This document shows, one piece after another, positions 48,698 to 60,402 of a stretch of 64,000 bases of DNA (its first letter is position 1; each line of letters starts with the position of its first letter). The DNA is from Callorhinchus milii (Eukaryota). The notes under the pieces were generated by a model. The model had not been told where the DNA came from. It did no database searches and worked only from the letters and a program-made list of their open reading frames with translations. Position numbers and translations under genes: made by a program. The stretch lies in the NCBI RefSeq assembly GCF_018977255.1, contig NW_024704742.1:42410001-42474000 (forward strand), in the 5' to 3' direction.

Positions 48698-49022
48698 AGT
48701 GGCTGTAGCTCAGTGGTTAGAGCACTCGCTTTGCAAGCGAGAGACCTGAGTTCAATTCCAGGCAGGGCGAAACCTTGGGCAAGTTTCCTTACTCCACACG
48801 CCTAATAATAATCCCTCCAAAAAACCAAAAACAATAATTAAATTGGTCATTTTCAATCTACGACTGTTTGTGGGACATTGCTGTGCGCAATTGGCTGCCG
48901 CGTTCGCCCACAAATATACAGTCAATTCACTTTACAGTGTGTTCTGTGAAGCGCTTTGGGACGTCCTCCCGACGTGAAAAGCGCTGTATCAAATGCAAGG
49001 ATTATTATTATTATTATTATTA
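48698..49022 (+). mobile_element. tRNA-Ala-derived SINE, short subfamily, best-preserved copy
   Basis: GTAGCTCAGTGGTTAGAGCACTCGCTTTGCAAGCGAGAGACCTGAGTTCAATTCC; CCTTGGGCAAGTTTCCTTAC; perfect stem AGCGCTTT/AAAGCGCT; (TTA)n tail; possible TSD TACAG. Confidence 0.95.
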
Positions 49023-50629
49023 CAGCAGGAGAAGAGGGAATTCACAAGATCACAAGAGAGGTTTTGATGGCAAACCTTTGGCCCATTGAATTTTTTTCTC
49101 CCAGAATTTCAATCTACCATCTTTCCTTCACAGTACAAAGTGCTTTCTTAACTGAGTCCAATGTCCTGCCCTCAACTAAGGTGTTATAAAAATATAAGTT
49201 TGCCATCTGAATATTCTTTATCAGCTAAGCACATCCATCAGCTCAATTATAAAGATAAACATGACCAGTGGGTTGCAGATAAAGGAATACAAGCTCTTAA
49301 ATGTGTGGACAAAGATTGCTTTATTGTCAATGCAATTTTTAAAAAAAAAATCTTAGATTTTTTTGCACTAAGATAAAAGTTTTAAAGGGAACAGTTGCAA
49401 ACTTCATCAATAACGCAGTACTGCTGCCTATTCTTGCCTCCCAAAATGAAGTTTGTTCTTTTCAGAACTATTTGTAACAAAAAAAAGTACTTATTTATTT
49501 TTGAAAATATGAAATGATAACAACCACCTCTTCTATTTTGTGAACAGTTTTAAATTACAAATGAAAATATTAATGTGGCTAAAGTATATCAGTCTGCCAT
49601 CACACAGTACGAGTAACACATAATGCAGTAGTGCTGCATTTTAATTCCTTTTCAATGACCTTAAGGTGTGAATGCCATTCGGAAGTAATGTTTCACCAGT
49701 TGTTCGACTGGACTGTTCTGAGGAAGGTAATCTTTTGCTATAAGTCTGTTATAAACAAATAAATGTCTATGGAATGAATCACGTGAGAGTCACTGCAGTT
49801 TCTATTAATAACCCTCAATAATAAATGAAAAAGCCCTATGGTGAGCTAAATGACTTTCCAATTCAATTTTACCCTCTGTAAAGCAGTTGAATTGTAGAAT
49901 TTTAATTCCATCTCAACAATAGATCCACATACTTTGAAAATTATTTGCGCTTTTTACAGAAAAGCTCTTAAATATTACAATTGGACATTTCAAAAATAAA
50001 TCTGTTTTGGACTCTTGATACATTCATCTATTTGAAGCAATAAATTAAGTTCATTATGAAAGAATAGCAAGGATCATAGTTATTAGGGGAAGCAGACAAA
50101 GTCTTCATGACTTTTCAGCAGGAAGATTCATTGATTCAAAAATAAGATTCATCGAGAGTGCTACACAATCAGAACATTAAAGGACCTCTTCAGGTTAAAG
50201 CTCCACAACAATCTTATCCCCAAGTAAATGTGAGAATTTTAAAATTTATTTTTTGTGCATTGTTCGTGGATAAAATATATATGCAGGGTGTTGGCAATCC
50301 TAATTGGGGTGACAAATTTTGCAATAGTTTAGAGACTAGGCACTGAAACGTGATGATGCTTTACGCTATCTTAGCTCCCAGTTTCCCTTAACATCATTTG
50401 ACATAAATAGGAAAATACAGTTTACAAATACTCAGAGAAATAGATGTTTAGGAAAGTTTATTTTTCTCTCCATAAATATTGGTGAGAAAACAGGGAGTGG
50501 GAAATGGACTTGAGAACTTCCTTTTTTCTGTAAATTTCAGAATGGCTTGTGAAAGGTTAGCACAGCACTGAGCTGAACAAACACCCCTCGCTGTAGACAT
50601 GGCTGGTACACAATACAATTCTTGAGGTG

Positions 50630-51145
50630 GGCATTGAACGTGGGAAGAGAGGAAGTGAGTTGGAGGGACTACGGGATTGAGTTCCAAGAGTGTGAGCAAA
50701 ATGGTTGGAAACTTGCCCACAACAACCATGAAATGTAATGTTTTTATTGTAGAATTGTTGACTGGGACACTGTGAAAAATTCTCTTCTATTTATGAATGG
50801 CATAATGTGACGTTTAATGTCCACCTGAACAGGTGGAGCAAATAGAGTGTAAACATGAAGCAGGCCAGTGTTTGCTGAGTGAAGCAAGCGGCTGGGTCGA
50901 TAGGCATATCGGAGGTCGCAGGAGTAAGGTAGGATCAGGCTGAGGAGGGATTTAAAGGTGAGAATAAGGATCTTGAATTCTATCCCCTGGCAGATGGGCA
51001 CACAGTGGAGCTGAGTGAGGATGGGGGTGATAGGCTTGCAGAATCTGGAGCAGGAGAGGACACGGAGAGTGGCAAACTTCTGGAGAGTGTCAGCTTGTGT
51101 AGGGAAGATGTGGGGAGTCCAGCGAGCAGCACGTTAGTATAGTCA
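50630..51145 (-). mobile_element. Old L2 fragment containing a DeuSINE fragment (~50724-50835)
   Basis: [19 protein letters not shown]2 remnant on both sides of TTTAATGTCCACCTGAACAGG Deu-domain sequence. Confidence 0.7.
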
Positions 51146-51729
51146 ATCATTATAGTATGATCAGCTCGGGACCCCGGGACCTTTAATCAGCCGAAGGAAG
51201 ATTTGTTGTTCAAACATCGATTTCTCTGTTCAATAAGATTGCTGATAAAAAGTTTGGAGGTGAGACAAATTGTCTCGGATTATTGACTTGAGTCAGCATG
51301 TTCATCAATATGGTTCTTCACTCGTATTTAATGATCTGGGGTCAGCTTGGGTCCAACCAATCTGAAAATATGAATCAAGGTTGTTTGCTGTTGAAAACAT
51401 TGTCCTTCTAGCATAACAGTTGGTGAATCTCCTAAGGGAGTTACCAATATGTGAATGAAGAAACATGGATTAATAGAGAGAGAGCTAGGAGGTGTCATAA
51501 TGGGTTCATATTATTTCTTTATAGAATAGTGAAGAATTAATTACAATGACAAGGAAGAACATTGCTCCCTAGTCTGATAGGGCTCATAACAATTTCTTGA
51601 ATTTATAAAGTGTTTGCTTAGTTGGTAGTGCTCTGGGCAAGAGGTTGCTGGTTTGAATCCCATACCAAAACTTGAGCTCATATTCCTGGCTAACACTCCA
51701 GCACAATATCAGAGAAGTAGTACATTGCT

Positions 51730-51978
51730 ACAGTAAGTAGAGACCTGGTTGTTAGTCGATTGGCGGATCACTTTTCTGGGGATAATAATCCTTCAAAAAA
51801 GAAAAAAAAATTTGGTCACTCAATCCACGCCTGTTGGTGGGACACTGCTGTACGCAATTGGTTGCCGCGTTTCGCCCACAAATATACAGTCAATTTGCTT
51901 TGCAGTATATTCTGCGAAGCGCTTTGAGACATCTAGAAGATGTAAAAAGCGCTACATCAAATGCAAGGATTATTATTA
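51730..51978 (+). mobile_element. tRNA-Ala SINE long subfamily, 5'-truncated, abutting a DeuSINE head (51612-51729)
   Basis: CAGTAAGTAG...GGTTGTTAGTCGATTGGCGGATCAC...GCAAGGATTATTATT. Confidence 0.85.
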
Positions 51979-52144
51979 AATTGTAATAACTATTCCTTAT
52001 TAGTTGTTACAAGAAATTGTAAATCCCCCCCCCCCACCTCAACACAACGATTCGGACTAAGGGAATCTTTATCTAAACTCTGCTTTTGGACTGGAAAGTA
52101 TCTTTTTATCTATCACTACATGAAGTTAGCTTTTTTGGGGGGGA

Positions 52145-52557
52145 GTGTCAGCACAGCTCAGTTTATATACTTTTGCCTCCAGGTCTTTCCATCTCCACAC
52201 TGGGCCCTGTGAGCTCATAGACAGACTGACACTCCAATGCAGTGCTGGACGATTGCTGTATTCTAGGAGATGTCAGCTGTCAGATGAGACATTAAACGGG
52301 GATCCTATCTGCCTGTTCAGGTCGACATTAAACATCAGATTGCACTATTCATTAAAAGGAGGGAGTTTCCCCCAGTGTCCTGGCCAACGATCCTCCAATA
52401 AAATTAGTCATTCATTTCACAGCTGTTTTGGGGACGTTGCTGTGCACAAATTGGCTCCTGCATTTGCTTATAAATACAGTCACTAGACTTTACAGTAAGT
52501 TATGTGAAGCACTTTGTGATGACCTCTTGATGCTATATTAAATGCAAGTATTGTTGC
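52145..52557 (+). mobile_element. DeuSINE, near full length
   Basis: CTGACACTCCAATGCAGTGCTG...CAGATGAGACATTAAAC...GGAGTTTCCCCAGTGTCCTGGCCAA...TGTGCACAAATTGGCT...AAATGCAAG. Confidence 0.85.
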
Positions 52558-52626
52558 TAAACTATCTCAAGATGATAACTATTACAAAGAAAGCATGAAA
52601 TGTTGCAAAGTTCATTCATAATCCAT

Positions 52627-52800
52627 AAATTATCACCTTCTAATAATTATCACCTTGTGATAGTTGTCATCTTATAGTAATTATAACCTTGTGATAGTTA
52701 TCTTGGGGTAGTTATAACTTTATGGTAGGTATAACCTTGTAATAATTATTATTTTACTGTAGCTATCATCTTGCAGTCATTATCACCTAGTTGTCGCCTT
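52627..52800. repeat. Degenerate 17-nt minisatellite, about 10 units
   Basis: Units TAATTATCACCTTGTGA, TAGTTGTCATCTTATAG, TAATTATAACCTTGTGA, TAGTTATAACTTTATGG, TAGGTATAACCTTGTAA and similar. Confidence 0.8.
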
Positions 52801-53019
52801 CAATGGAGCTAGAGTTTCACCCCAAATTATAATGTAATGGAATAATTCACATAACATCAACAGCTGAGGTGTAGTTCAAGCTGTTTACAACCATCAAGTT
52901 ACAGTCCTCAAATAGCTGTGTGATTATTATGCACAATCTTAATTTAATATGAGGCATAATTTGTCTTTGATTCAATTTTGTGGTGTTGGTGTTCATATGA
53001 GATATCAGTTCACTCTACA

Positions 53020-53750
53020 ACCTTGAGTTGATTTTGGTCAGCCAGGGGACTGACACATGCAGAAAACCATCATCACCATGCTTAATAGTATCCAAACAAA
53101 CTAAGAGTTGAATGCATCCCGCAATTGGCTGCCGCATTTCGCCCACAAACTATAGTTAATTCACTTTACAGTATATTCTGTGAAGCACTTTGAGGCGTCA
53201 CAAAGACGTGATAAGGCGCTATATCAAATGCAAGGATCATTATTATTATTAGTAGTATTATTATCCCACCCATGCAATTCCACATCGTAATTACAGAGAT
53301 GTTTATTGGAATGGAATATGGCCTCTCTCCCTGGAGAGACACATCCTGCTTATCTAATTCTGAAAAGTAATAGGCGCAGGTTGGCAATAGACAAAGTTTG
53401 GAGACCCCAGTGTGGGCACTGGGGTATTGCTGGATTCTAACCAGCTAAAACTGCAAGCTTGCCATTTAAAGCATTGCCCGGCAAGGTTCTCCCCTACTTA
53501 TCCAGATAGGACTACCTTATCCATGAGGGCTTCAGCTTGCAGGATTAACAGGAGCTGAAAAGAATCACTGCTCCCAGTGACTGGTCTGCCCTTCCCAAGT
53601 CCTGCTGATGAGCCAGCTTGGCTGCACTATCATCAGCAGTGCCCTGGAATACTGAGGATCCACCTGACTCAGGAACTGGACTACCGAGATCGCCACTTAG
53701 GGTGGGCTCAATTTCGACATTCCAATACCAAACATTGTGGAGGCGTCTCC
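53020..53750 (+). repeat. Family X, longest copy, interrupted by a SINE 3' fragment (53120-53250)
   Basis: Contains all shared blocks in order, from TTTTGGTCAGCC and CATGCTTAATAGTATCC through GAGATCGCCAC. Confidence 0.8.
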
Positions 53751-54169
53751 TTGAAGCTAGCTCCATGGAGGCTCCTCTACAACCTTGATGTACTCACAAG
53801 AACATTAACATTAGTCACTGGCCACTGGTAAGTTATTGGAAAACAATCAGCTGTTGATTCATAACCTGAAACATTCTAAGTTCATAATATTTTATACAGC
53901 GAGTAAATAATGGTACCAGTGGGACAATATTTGATTACAGCCAGCGGCTCACTGCAAAACACGAAAGCAACAAAGTCCTGAGGGTTACATCAATGATTGT
54001 AAAAAAAATTGCATTGCACTCATAGTCATCATCTATTCCATTTATATATAAGAAATGTCAGCATTTTAACTTTACTCAAAATCTATAATCATAGCAATGT
54101 GATGTTTTTTTTTGTTGTGCTTCTACCTTCCTACTTGAAAGATAGTAAGTGGCTTGTTGTACATTACAG

Positions 54170-54410
54170 TTCTATGGATTTTGCTAACAGCCAGGTGTCT
54201 GATACATACATCATATCTAAGAGCATCCAAACCAGGAATGCGCACTCTCTCCCTAGAAGGATGAACTCTGCCTAACTAATTCCAGTGAGTATTAGGAACA
54301 GATTGCAAGAGCCAATGCTTGGAGAACCCAAAGTGTGCATTGGTGTACTGCTGGAGGTTAACCAGCTAAAACCATGTGGCTTGACTGAAAACAGTATCTG
54401 GCAAGCTTAG
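54170..54410 (+). repeat. Family X copy with internal deletion
   Basis: CAGCCAGGTGTCTGA...TAAGAGCATCCAAAC...CTCTCTCCCTAG...GTACTGCTGGAGGTTAACCAGCTAAAA...TGGCAAGCTT. Confidence 0.72.
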
Positions 54411-54631
54411 CAGACTCAGAATTGAATTAGTGCCATGTTTGATTCAAACATGCAAGATTTTAGTTTTTGAATTCTAAATTGCTAGAATGGATTTTTAAGT
54501 TATGTATTGGCAGTCTTAGCAACTCGTGCTTTCAGACACTATGACCCAAACCTCTGGAACTGCCTGCCTCAATCCTTCTACTGTTCCCATCTTCAGATTG
54601 CACCTGAAGACTTTCCTCTTCGCTGGTGGCT

Positions 54632-55503
54632 ACATACTATAATAACACCTTACATGCAAGAAAACATCCCAAAGTCCTTCACAGGAATTTACTGTGAAGT
54701 ATGATTGTGAATTTGTAGGTGAATGCCGTAGCCAATTGTGCACAAGCAATGTCCCAAGAACAGCCAATTTTATTTGGGAGACTGTAGGCCAGGCCACTGA
54801 GAGCAATTCATATACAGCACAACAACAACAAGATTCCATTTATAGAGCGCCTTTCATGTCGGGAGGACGTCCCAAAGCGCTGGACAGTTAGGTCAGGACC
54901 CGAGCAGGGGGGAAATGGTCAGGGTGAGGGGAAGGAAGGGAGGGAGCGAGGAGGGGGGAAATGGTCAGGGTGAAGGGAGGGAAGGGAGGGGGCGAGGAGG
55001 GGATAGAGAGTTGAGAGGGGAGCTGAAGGCACAGTCAAAGAGAAAGGTCTTGAGACCGGCCTTGAAGGAGGAAAGGGAGGAGGCGGCGAAGGCACTGGGG
55101 GATAGAGTTCAAGAACCTAGGGGCTGAGAGGCTGAAGGCCCGGCCACCGATGGTAGGGCGGTTGGGACAGGGGATGTGGAGCAGACCGGAGCCAGAGGAA
55201 CGGAGGATACGGGCAGGTAGATAGGGGGATAGTAGGTCGGAGAGGTAGGAGGGAGCAAGGCCATGAATGGCCTTGTAGGCGAGGATGAGGAGTGCCATGG
55301 TATCTTTAATGTCCACCTAAACAGGCAGACAGAACATTGGTTCAATGTCTCATCCAAAGACAGAACCTTCAACAATGCAACACTCCCCCAGTGCTGCATT
55401 GGAGCGTCAGCTTAGACTATGTGAGTTCAAGATCCAACGGGGACTTGAATCCACAATCTTCTGAATCAGAGGTGAGAGTGCTACCAACTGAGCCACACTG
55501 ACA
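54632..55503 (-). mobile_element. DeuSINE split by a young L2 3' fragment (L2 at 54818-55290)
   Basis: SINE head and Deu domain at 55503-55291 ends ...ACCATGGCACT, fused to L2 CCTCATCCTCGCCTACAAG (ILAYKAIHGLAPSYLSDLL). The SINE 3' half resumes after the (TTG)n tail at 54817-54632. Confidence 0.88.
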
Positions 55504-55816
55504 TATAGGTGCTGTGAAGGGAACTATATAAATGCAAGCTGTTGTTGTAAAATCACACTGAATACTTTCCTCTTTTACATTGCCTTCAGTCAGCTCCCCT
55601 TGTTTTCCAGCTCTGTGTCAAGCCACACCACTCCGTGCTCCGAGACGCTGAAGAGTGCTATATACATGCAAGTTGTTTTTGTTGTTTTTAAGACTCTGAT
55701 AAATTTTGAAAAACAGCCCCCATAAAAACAACTCAAATCCATAATCCTCAAGTAAATATTTTGTAATTTTTGTATAGAAAGGTAGAGAAAAAAAATCTTA
55801 CATATGCATAACTTGT

Positions 55817-55994
55817 GGAGTCCTGTAATAATCCCTTCAAAAAAAAATCTGGTCACTCAGTTCACTGGTGTGCTGCCATGTTTAGCCCTCAAAATATACA
55901 GTCAATTCACTTTACAGTATATTCTGTGAAGCGCTTTGAGATGTCTCGAAGACATGATAAGGCGCTATATCAAATGCAAGGATTATTATTATTA
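55817..55994 (+). mobile_element. tRNA-Ala SINE with internal deletion of its promoter head
   Basis: The extreme 5' GGAGTCCTGTA is joined directly to ATAATCCCTTC... of the 3' half; the tail is intact. Confidence 0.75.
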
Positions 55995-57152
55995 TACTTC
56001 AAGGCATTGTCTGGAGAAGAAGCAAGAAATCCGCATTTCTGAGTTACCTATTCAGGATTTGACCGCACTTTCGGTCATTTTTTCCCTTCCCCACTTACCT
56101 ATCGCCTGCAGGTCGGGTGCCATTCCATGATTGTTAAGCATTTTGGGACGTCCTCCTGACATGAAAGGAACTATATAAACTGTAAATTTGTATTGTATTG
56201 TATCTATCAGATCAGTTCACTAATCTGGGAAATGCTGAATGGAGCTTGGGAGTGAGGCCAGAATTTGGGTCAGTCTGTGATGGTTCCATCGGGTCAAGTA
56301 ACCAGCAATACTCATCATAGGTTCATTGATACCCACAATGGCTGAAACAGGAGAGGAGTGACTGTCAATGACATAAAATTTGTAACCCAGCCTGAGTTAT
56401 CAACTTTGTGATAAGGTAAGAAAATTGAGAAGTAATAAAATATAAAATTTACTATAAAATAGATCAAAAATGATATTAAAATGAATGTTTCATCTTAATA
56501 TCTAGCAATCCATTTCTGTCAGCCTTGCGTGGGAGTATTTACAGAGAATTGTATAGAATGTTACAGAACAGAAACAGGCCATTATACTCCACACAAGCTT
56601 TCGCCTCTCCTAATGCCTTCTCCCACACCTGTCTATTCCCTTGTCCCTCATGTGTGTCAATTCTTCACTGAACTTGATCTTTTACGATCTCCTCCACCTC
56701 AAGTATATCAAATGCAATAATTTAAGGCTTTGATATGTGAATCTGCAATTGATGTCACTCTCATTTATCTCTGTACCTTATTTATTTTTGCTCAAAATGT
56801 GTACTAGGCAAACAACACACATGGGCCCAGTTAGAGCTAACTGTAATGAGAACAGATGTCACGCAAATTGACCCCAGTGTTGCTGAATGGAAACAATAGC
56901 CTGAAAACTTGATGCCAATGGTTAGCCCAGAGCGTTCAGATGAAATAACACATGCTCCAGTGAATCTACCCAGTATGTAATTGGATTAGAATTTATCCAT
57001 GCAACAAAATATCTCCAAATGATAACAATTTCACCAGTTAGAATTAACCTCTCTGTTTTGGGAAGATACTAAATGTATGATGAAATGATCAGTTAAACCT
57101 CATAAATATATATTGCAGTACTTGCTTTTGTCTCAATTCTTTTCAAGAAGAC

Positions 57153-60100
57153 CAACAACTTGGATTTATATAGTGCCCTTCACGCCGGACGGCGTCTCAG
57201 AGCGCTTCACAGTAACAGATCCCGGGGCCGAGCCAGGGAGTGGGGGAGGAAGGTGACCAAAGGCGCAGCCGAAAAAAAAGGTCTTCAGCAGAGACCTGAA
57301 AATAGGAAGAGAGGGAGCGAGGCGAAGGGAGTGAGGAAGGGAGATCCAGAGCCTCGGGGCATAGTGGCTGAAGGCACGGCTGCTGAGGGTGGAGCGAAGG
57401 ACTCGGGGGACAAGGAGAAGGAATGAAGGCAACGGGCACTGTTTTGAGGCGAGAGGAGGTCAGAGAAGTAGGGGGTGCAGAGGAGTGGAGGGATTTGAAG
57501 ACAATGGTGAGGATCTTGAAGTCGATACTCTCTGGGATAGGCAGCCATTGCAGTCTGGCAAGGACTGTGGTAATCGGGGAGCAGAGTTTGGTGCGAGTGA
57601 GAATGTCGGCAGCAGAGTTTTGAATAATCTGGATTTTGTGGATGGTAGTGGAGGGAAGGCTGGCGAGGAGGGAGTTAGAATAGTTGGAGTAGTCCAGCTG
57701 AGAGGTGGCAAATGCATGGACCAGAGTTTCAGCAGCTTTCGGAGAGAGGTATTGGCGGAGACGGGTGATGCATCGGAGGTGGAAAAAGGCGGTGCTGGTG
57801 AGAGACCGGATGTGGGGGAGGAAGGATAATTGGGGGTCGAATCTGACGCCGAGGTTGCGTACGGGTTCGGAGAGTTTTAAGTGTCGGTTGGGTAGGTGGA
57901 GGAGGTGAGAACTATGAGATTTTAGACGTTTAGACGTTGACGTTGACGGGAGCCAAAGAGTATGGATTCCGTCTTGTCAATGTTCAGCTGAAGGAAATTT
58001 GCGCTCATTCAGCCCCTGAGGTCTGAAAGGCAGGCTGACAGAACTGGGGACTGGGATTGCAAAGAGAGGTGGAAAAATAGAGTTGGGTGTCGTCCACGTA
58101 CATGTGGAAATGTACCCCATGTGTGCTGATGACATCCCCAAGAGGGAGCATGTAGATAAGAAAGAGGATGGGGCCAAGGATGGATCCTTGGAGTACCCTG
58201 TAGATAACCAGGTGAGAGCGGGAGGAGAAGCTGTTTTTGCAGATGTACTGCTGGCTGCTTGTGAGGTAGGACTCGAACCAGGCGAGTGCAGTCCCACTGA
58301 GGTGGATGACGGAGGAAAGGCGGTGGAGGAGGATGGCGTGATCGACTGTGTCGAACGTGGCTGAGAGATCTAGGAGGAAAAGGAGGCAGAGGGAGCCCTG
58401 GTCACAGATAGAGAGGATGTCATTTGTGACTTTCACAAGCGCAGTCTCTGTACTGTGGGCAGGGTGGAATCCGGACTGGAGGGGTTCAAAGAGGGAATGG
58501 GAGGAGAGGTGTGCGCGAAGTTGATTGGCAACAACGCGTTCTAGGACTTTTGCGAGGAAGGGCAGGTTAGAAATAGGGTGGTAATAGCTGGGTTTGAGGG
58601 ATCTAGGGAAGGTTTTTTAAGGAGGGGGGTGATGACAGCAGTTTTGAGGGAGGCAGGGACTGATCCGGAGGAGAGGGACTGGTTGATGATGTCAGCCAGT
58701 AGCAGGCAGAGGAGGGGGACCTGGGTGACCAGCAAGTTGGTGGGGAGGGGGTCGAGGCAGCAGTTGGTGGGTTTCATAGAGATGATGGTAGGTGAGAGGG
58801 AGGAGGGAGAGATGGGGAGGAAGGAATGTAGGATGAGAGTAGTGGTAGGAGCTGATGATGGGGAGGGTGAGGGGGGACAGAGAGGGCATGGTGGTGGGTG
58901 ACAAGAGGCAAGTGGATGAGGCTGCCTGGCAGATGTTAAGTATTTTAGAAGAGAAGAAGTCCATGACCTTCTCGCACTTGGCATTTGATATGAAGATTGA
59001 GGAGGCCTGAGAGGTGCATGGAGGAGGTAGTGGGTGGTGGAAAAAAGGATTTCAGGGCTGTGTTTAGCCTCCAAGATGATGTTGGAGTAGAAGGCCGTTT
59101 TTGCGAGTGTCAAAGAACGACGGTAGCTGTGGAGGTGCTCGAGCCACAGTTGACGGTGAACTGTTAGGCCAGTTTTCCACCATCTGCGCTCAAGCAGACC
59201 GGTTTAGGCTTTTTGGCGGTGGAGATGGTTGTTGTACCAGGGGGATTGGGTGGGTTTGGAGATGGTCCTGGATTTTAGGGGGACGAGGGAGTTGAAGGTG
59301 GAGGAGAGGCGATCAAGGAGCAGCTGGACAGCTGCTTCAGGATCTCCATGGGTGGAAGGCCAGAGTGTTAGGATGTTTGGTGATGTGAGGGCCTTTGTGA
59401 AGGTCTTTTCCAAGGGCAGTAGAGGATGGTTGAGGGCTTGGTGGAGGAGAGAGAGATGCGAGAGGAGAAGAAGATGAGGAAGTGGTCCGAAACGGCCTTG
59501 TCCACTATGCTGAGGTCGGAAATGTCAAGGCCATGAGCTCGTCCAGAATGAGGTCGTGGATGGTGAGGGGTTTATTTGAGAGGGAACGGACATTTTGGAG
59601 GGAAATATTCAAGACTGAGATGATAGATTTCTTATTGCAAAAGGGATTAAGGGATATGAGGATAAGGCAGGGTCAGGTTATTAGCTGAAGTTAGGTTAGA
59701 AGATCAGCCATGATTGAATGGCGGGTGGGTTTGCTGGAGGGAGGAGAGGGAGGAGAGGGAGGAGAGAGTGATGCGGAGAGGATTTTGGGGTGTAAGGAGA
59801 GATGGTTGTGGAGATGGTGTGAGTGGAGAGTTGGGGAGGGTAAGTATGAGGGTGGGGGAAGTTGGGTTTGCCTTAAGGAGGTGGTTTGAGCGGAGGGAGT
59901 GAATGATTGGACACGTGGGGTTGCTACTCTGGGATAGCCAGTGCCGGGAGCCAAGATGGGCCCGGAGGAGGATGCCCAGGCTGGAGCAGAGGGAAGTGGT
60001 GATGGGGTCGAGGAGAGAGAGAAGGCGGAGAGGGCGGTGGGTGAGAAGGACAGAGGGGGAATAGCGGATAGAGGGGATGGGCCGAGAGACATAGAGGGGG

Positions 60101-60390
60101 GCGGGAGGAGAGACATTTAGAGTGGAGGGGGAGGAGGAGTCTCGGTTCGGGGCGGCAGCCAAAACGCGCACCAAGAGACTGGAGCGAGCGATCAGCGGGT
60201 CGGCATCAGCCCTCAGGCTGTGTAGTCATGGCCGGGATGGCAGTAGCTTGGGCTACCAGACCATTGTTGTTGTTGTCGCTGTTTTTTTTTTTAATCGTAA
60301 CGTCACTTCAACGTCACTTTGTGAATCGTGCCACCCCGTCACTTACCTCCCCCCGCGCTCTCCTGACTGCACTCCCGACTGAGTAGCTCC
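57153..60390 (-). mobile_element. Near full-length L2 LINE (5' UTR, Pro/Ser-rich leader, partly deleted APE endonuclease, RT, 3' tail), inactivated
   Basis: SLQNVRSLSNK and SDHFLI endonuclease ends; QSPWY; LDPLPT...[63 protein letters not shown]; stem-loop and TTGTTG tail. Frameshifts and stops throughout. Confidence 0.93.
59602..59723 (+). mobile_element. Tail-less CR1 3' fragment embedded antisense in the long L2
   Basis: GACTGAGAT.ATAGATTT...AAGGGATTAAGGGATATG...TTAGGTTAGAAGATCAGCCATGAT is the reverse-complement match to the CR1 at 13040-13135. Confidence 0.8.
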
Positions 60391-60402
60391 TCACTTGGCT
60401 GA

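Noticed and set aside
48700..48770. tRNA-Ala gene (also 7825-7896, 1420-1489)
   Set aside because: No proper acceptor stem or terminator, and it continues into a SINE body and tail, so it is a SINE head.
51160..51500. Possible Penelope/GIY-YIG remnant on the minus strand
   Set aside because: Only a vague IG.T..RSL..R..H-like pattern that requires frameshifts; not supportable by eye.
52627..52800. CRISPR-like array
   Set aside because: Contiguous degenerate tandem units without unique spacers, in a vertebrate genome.
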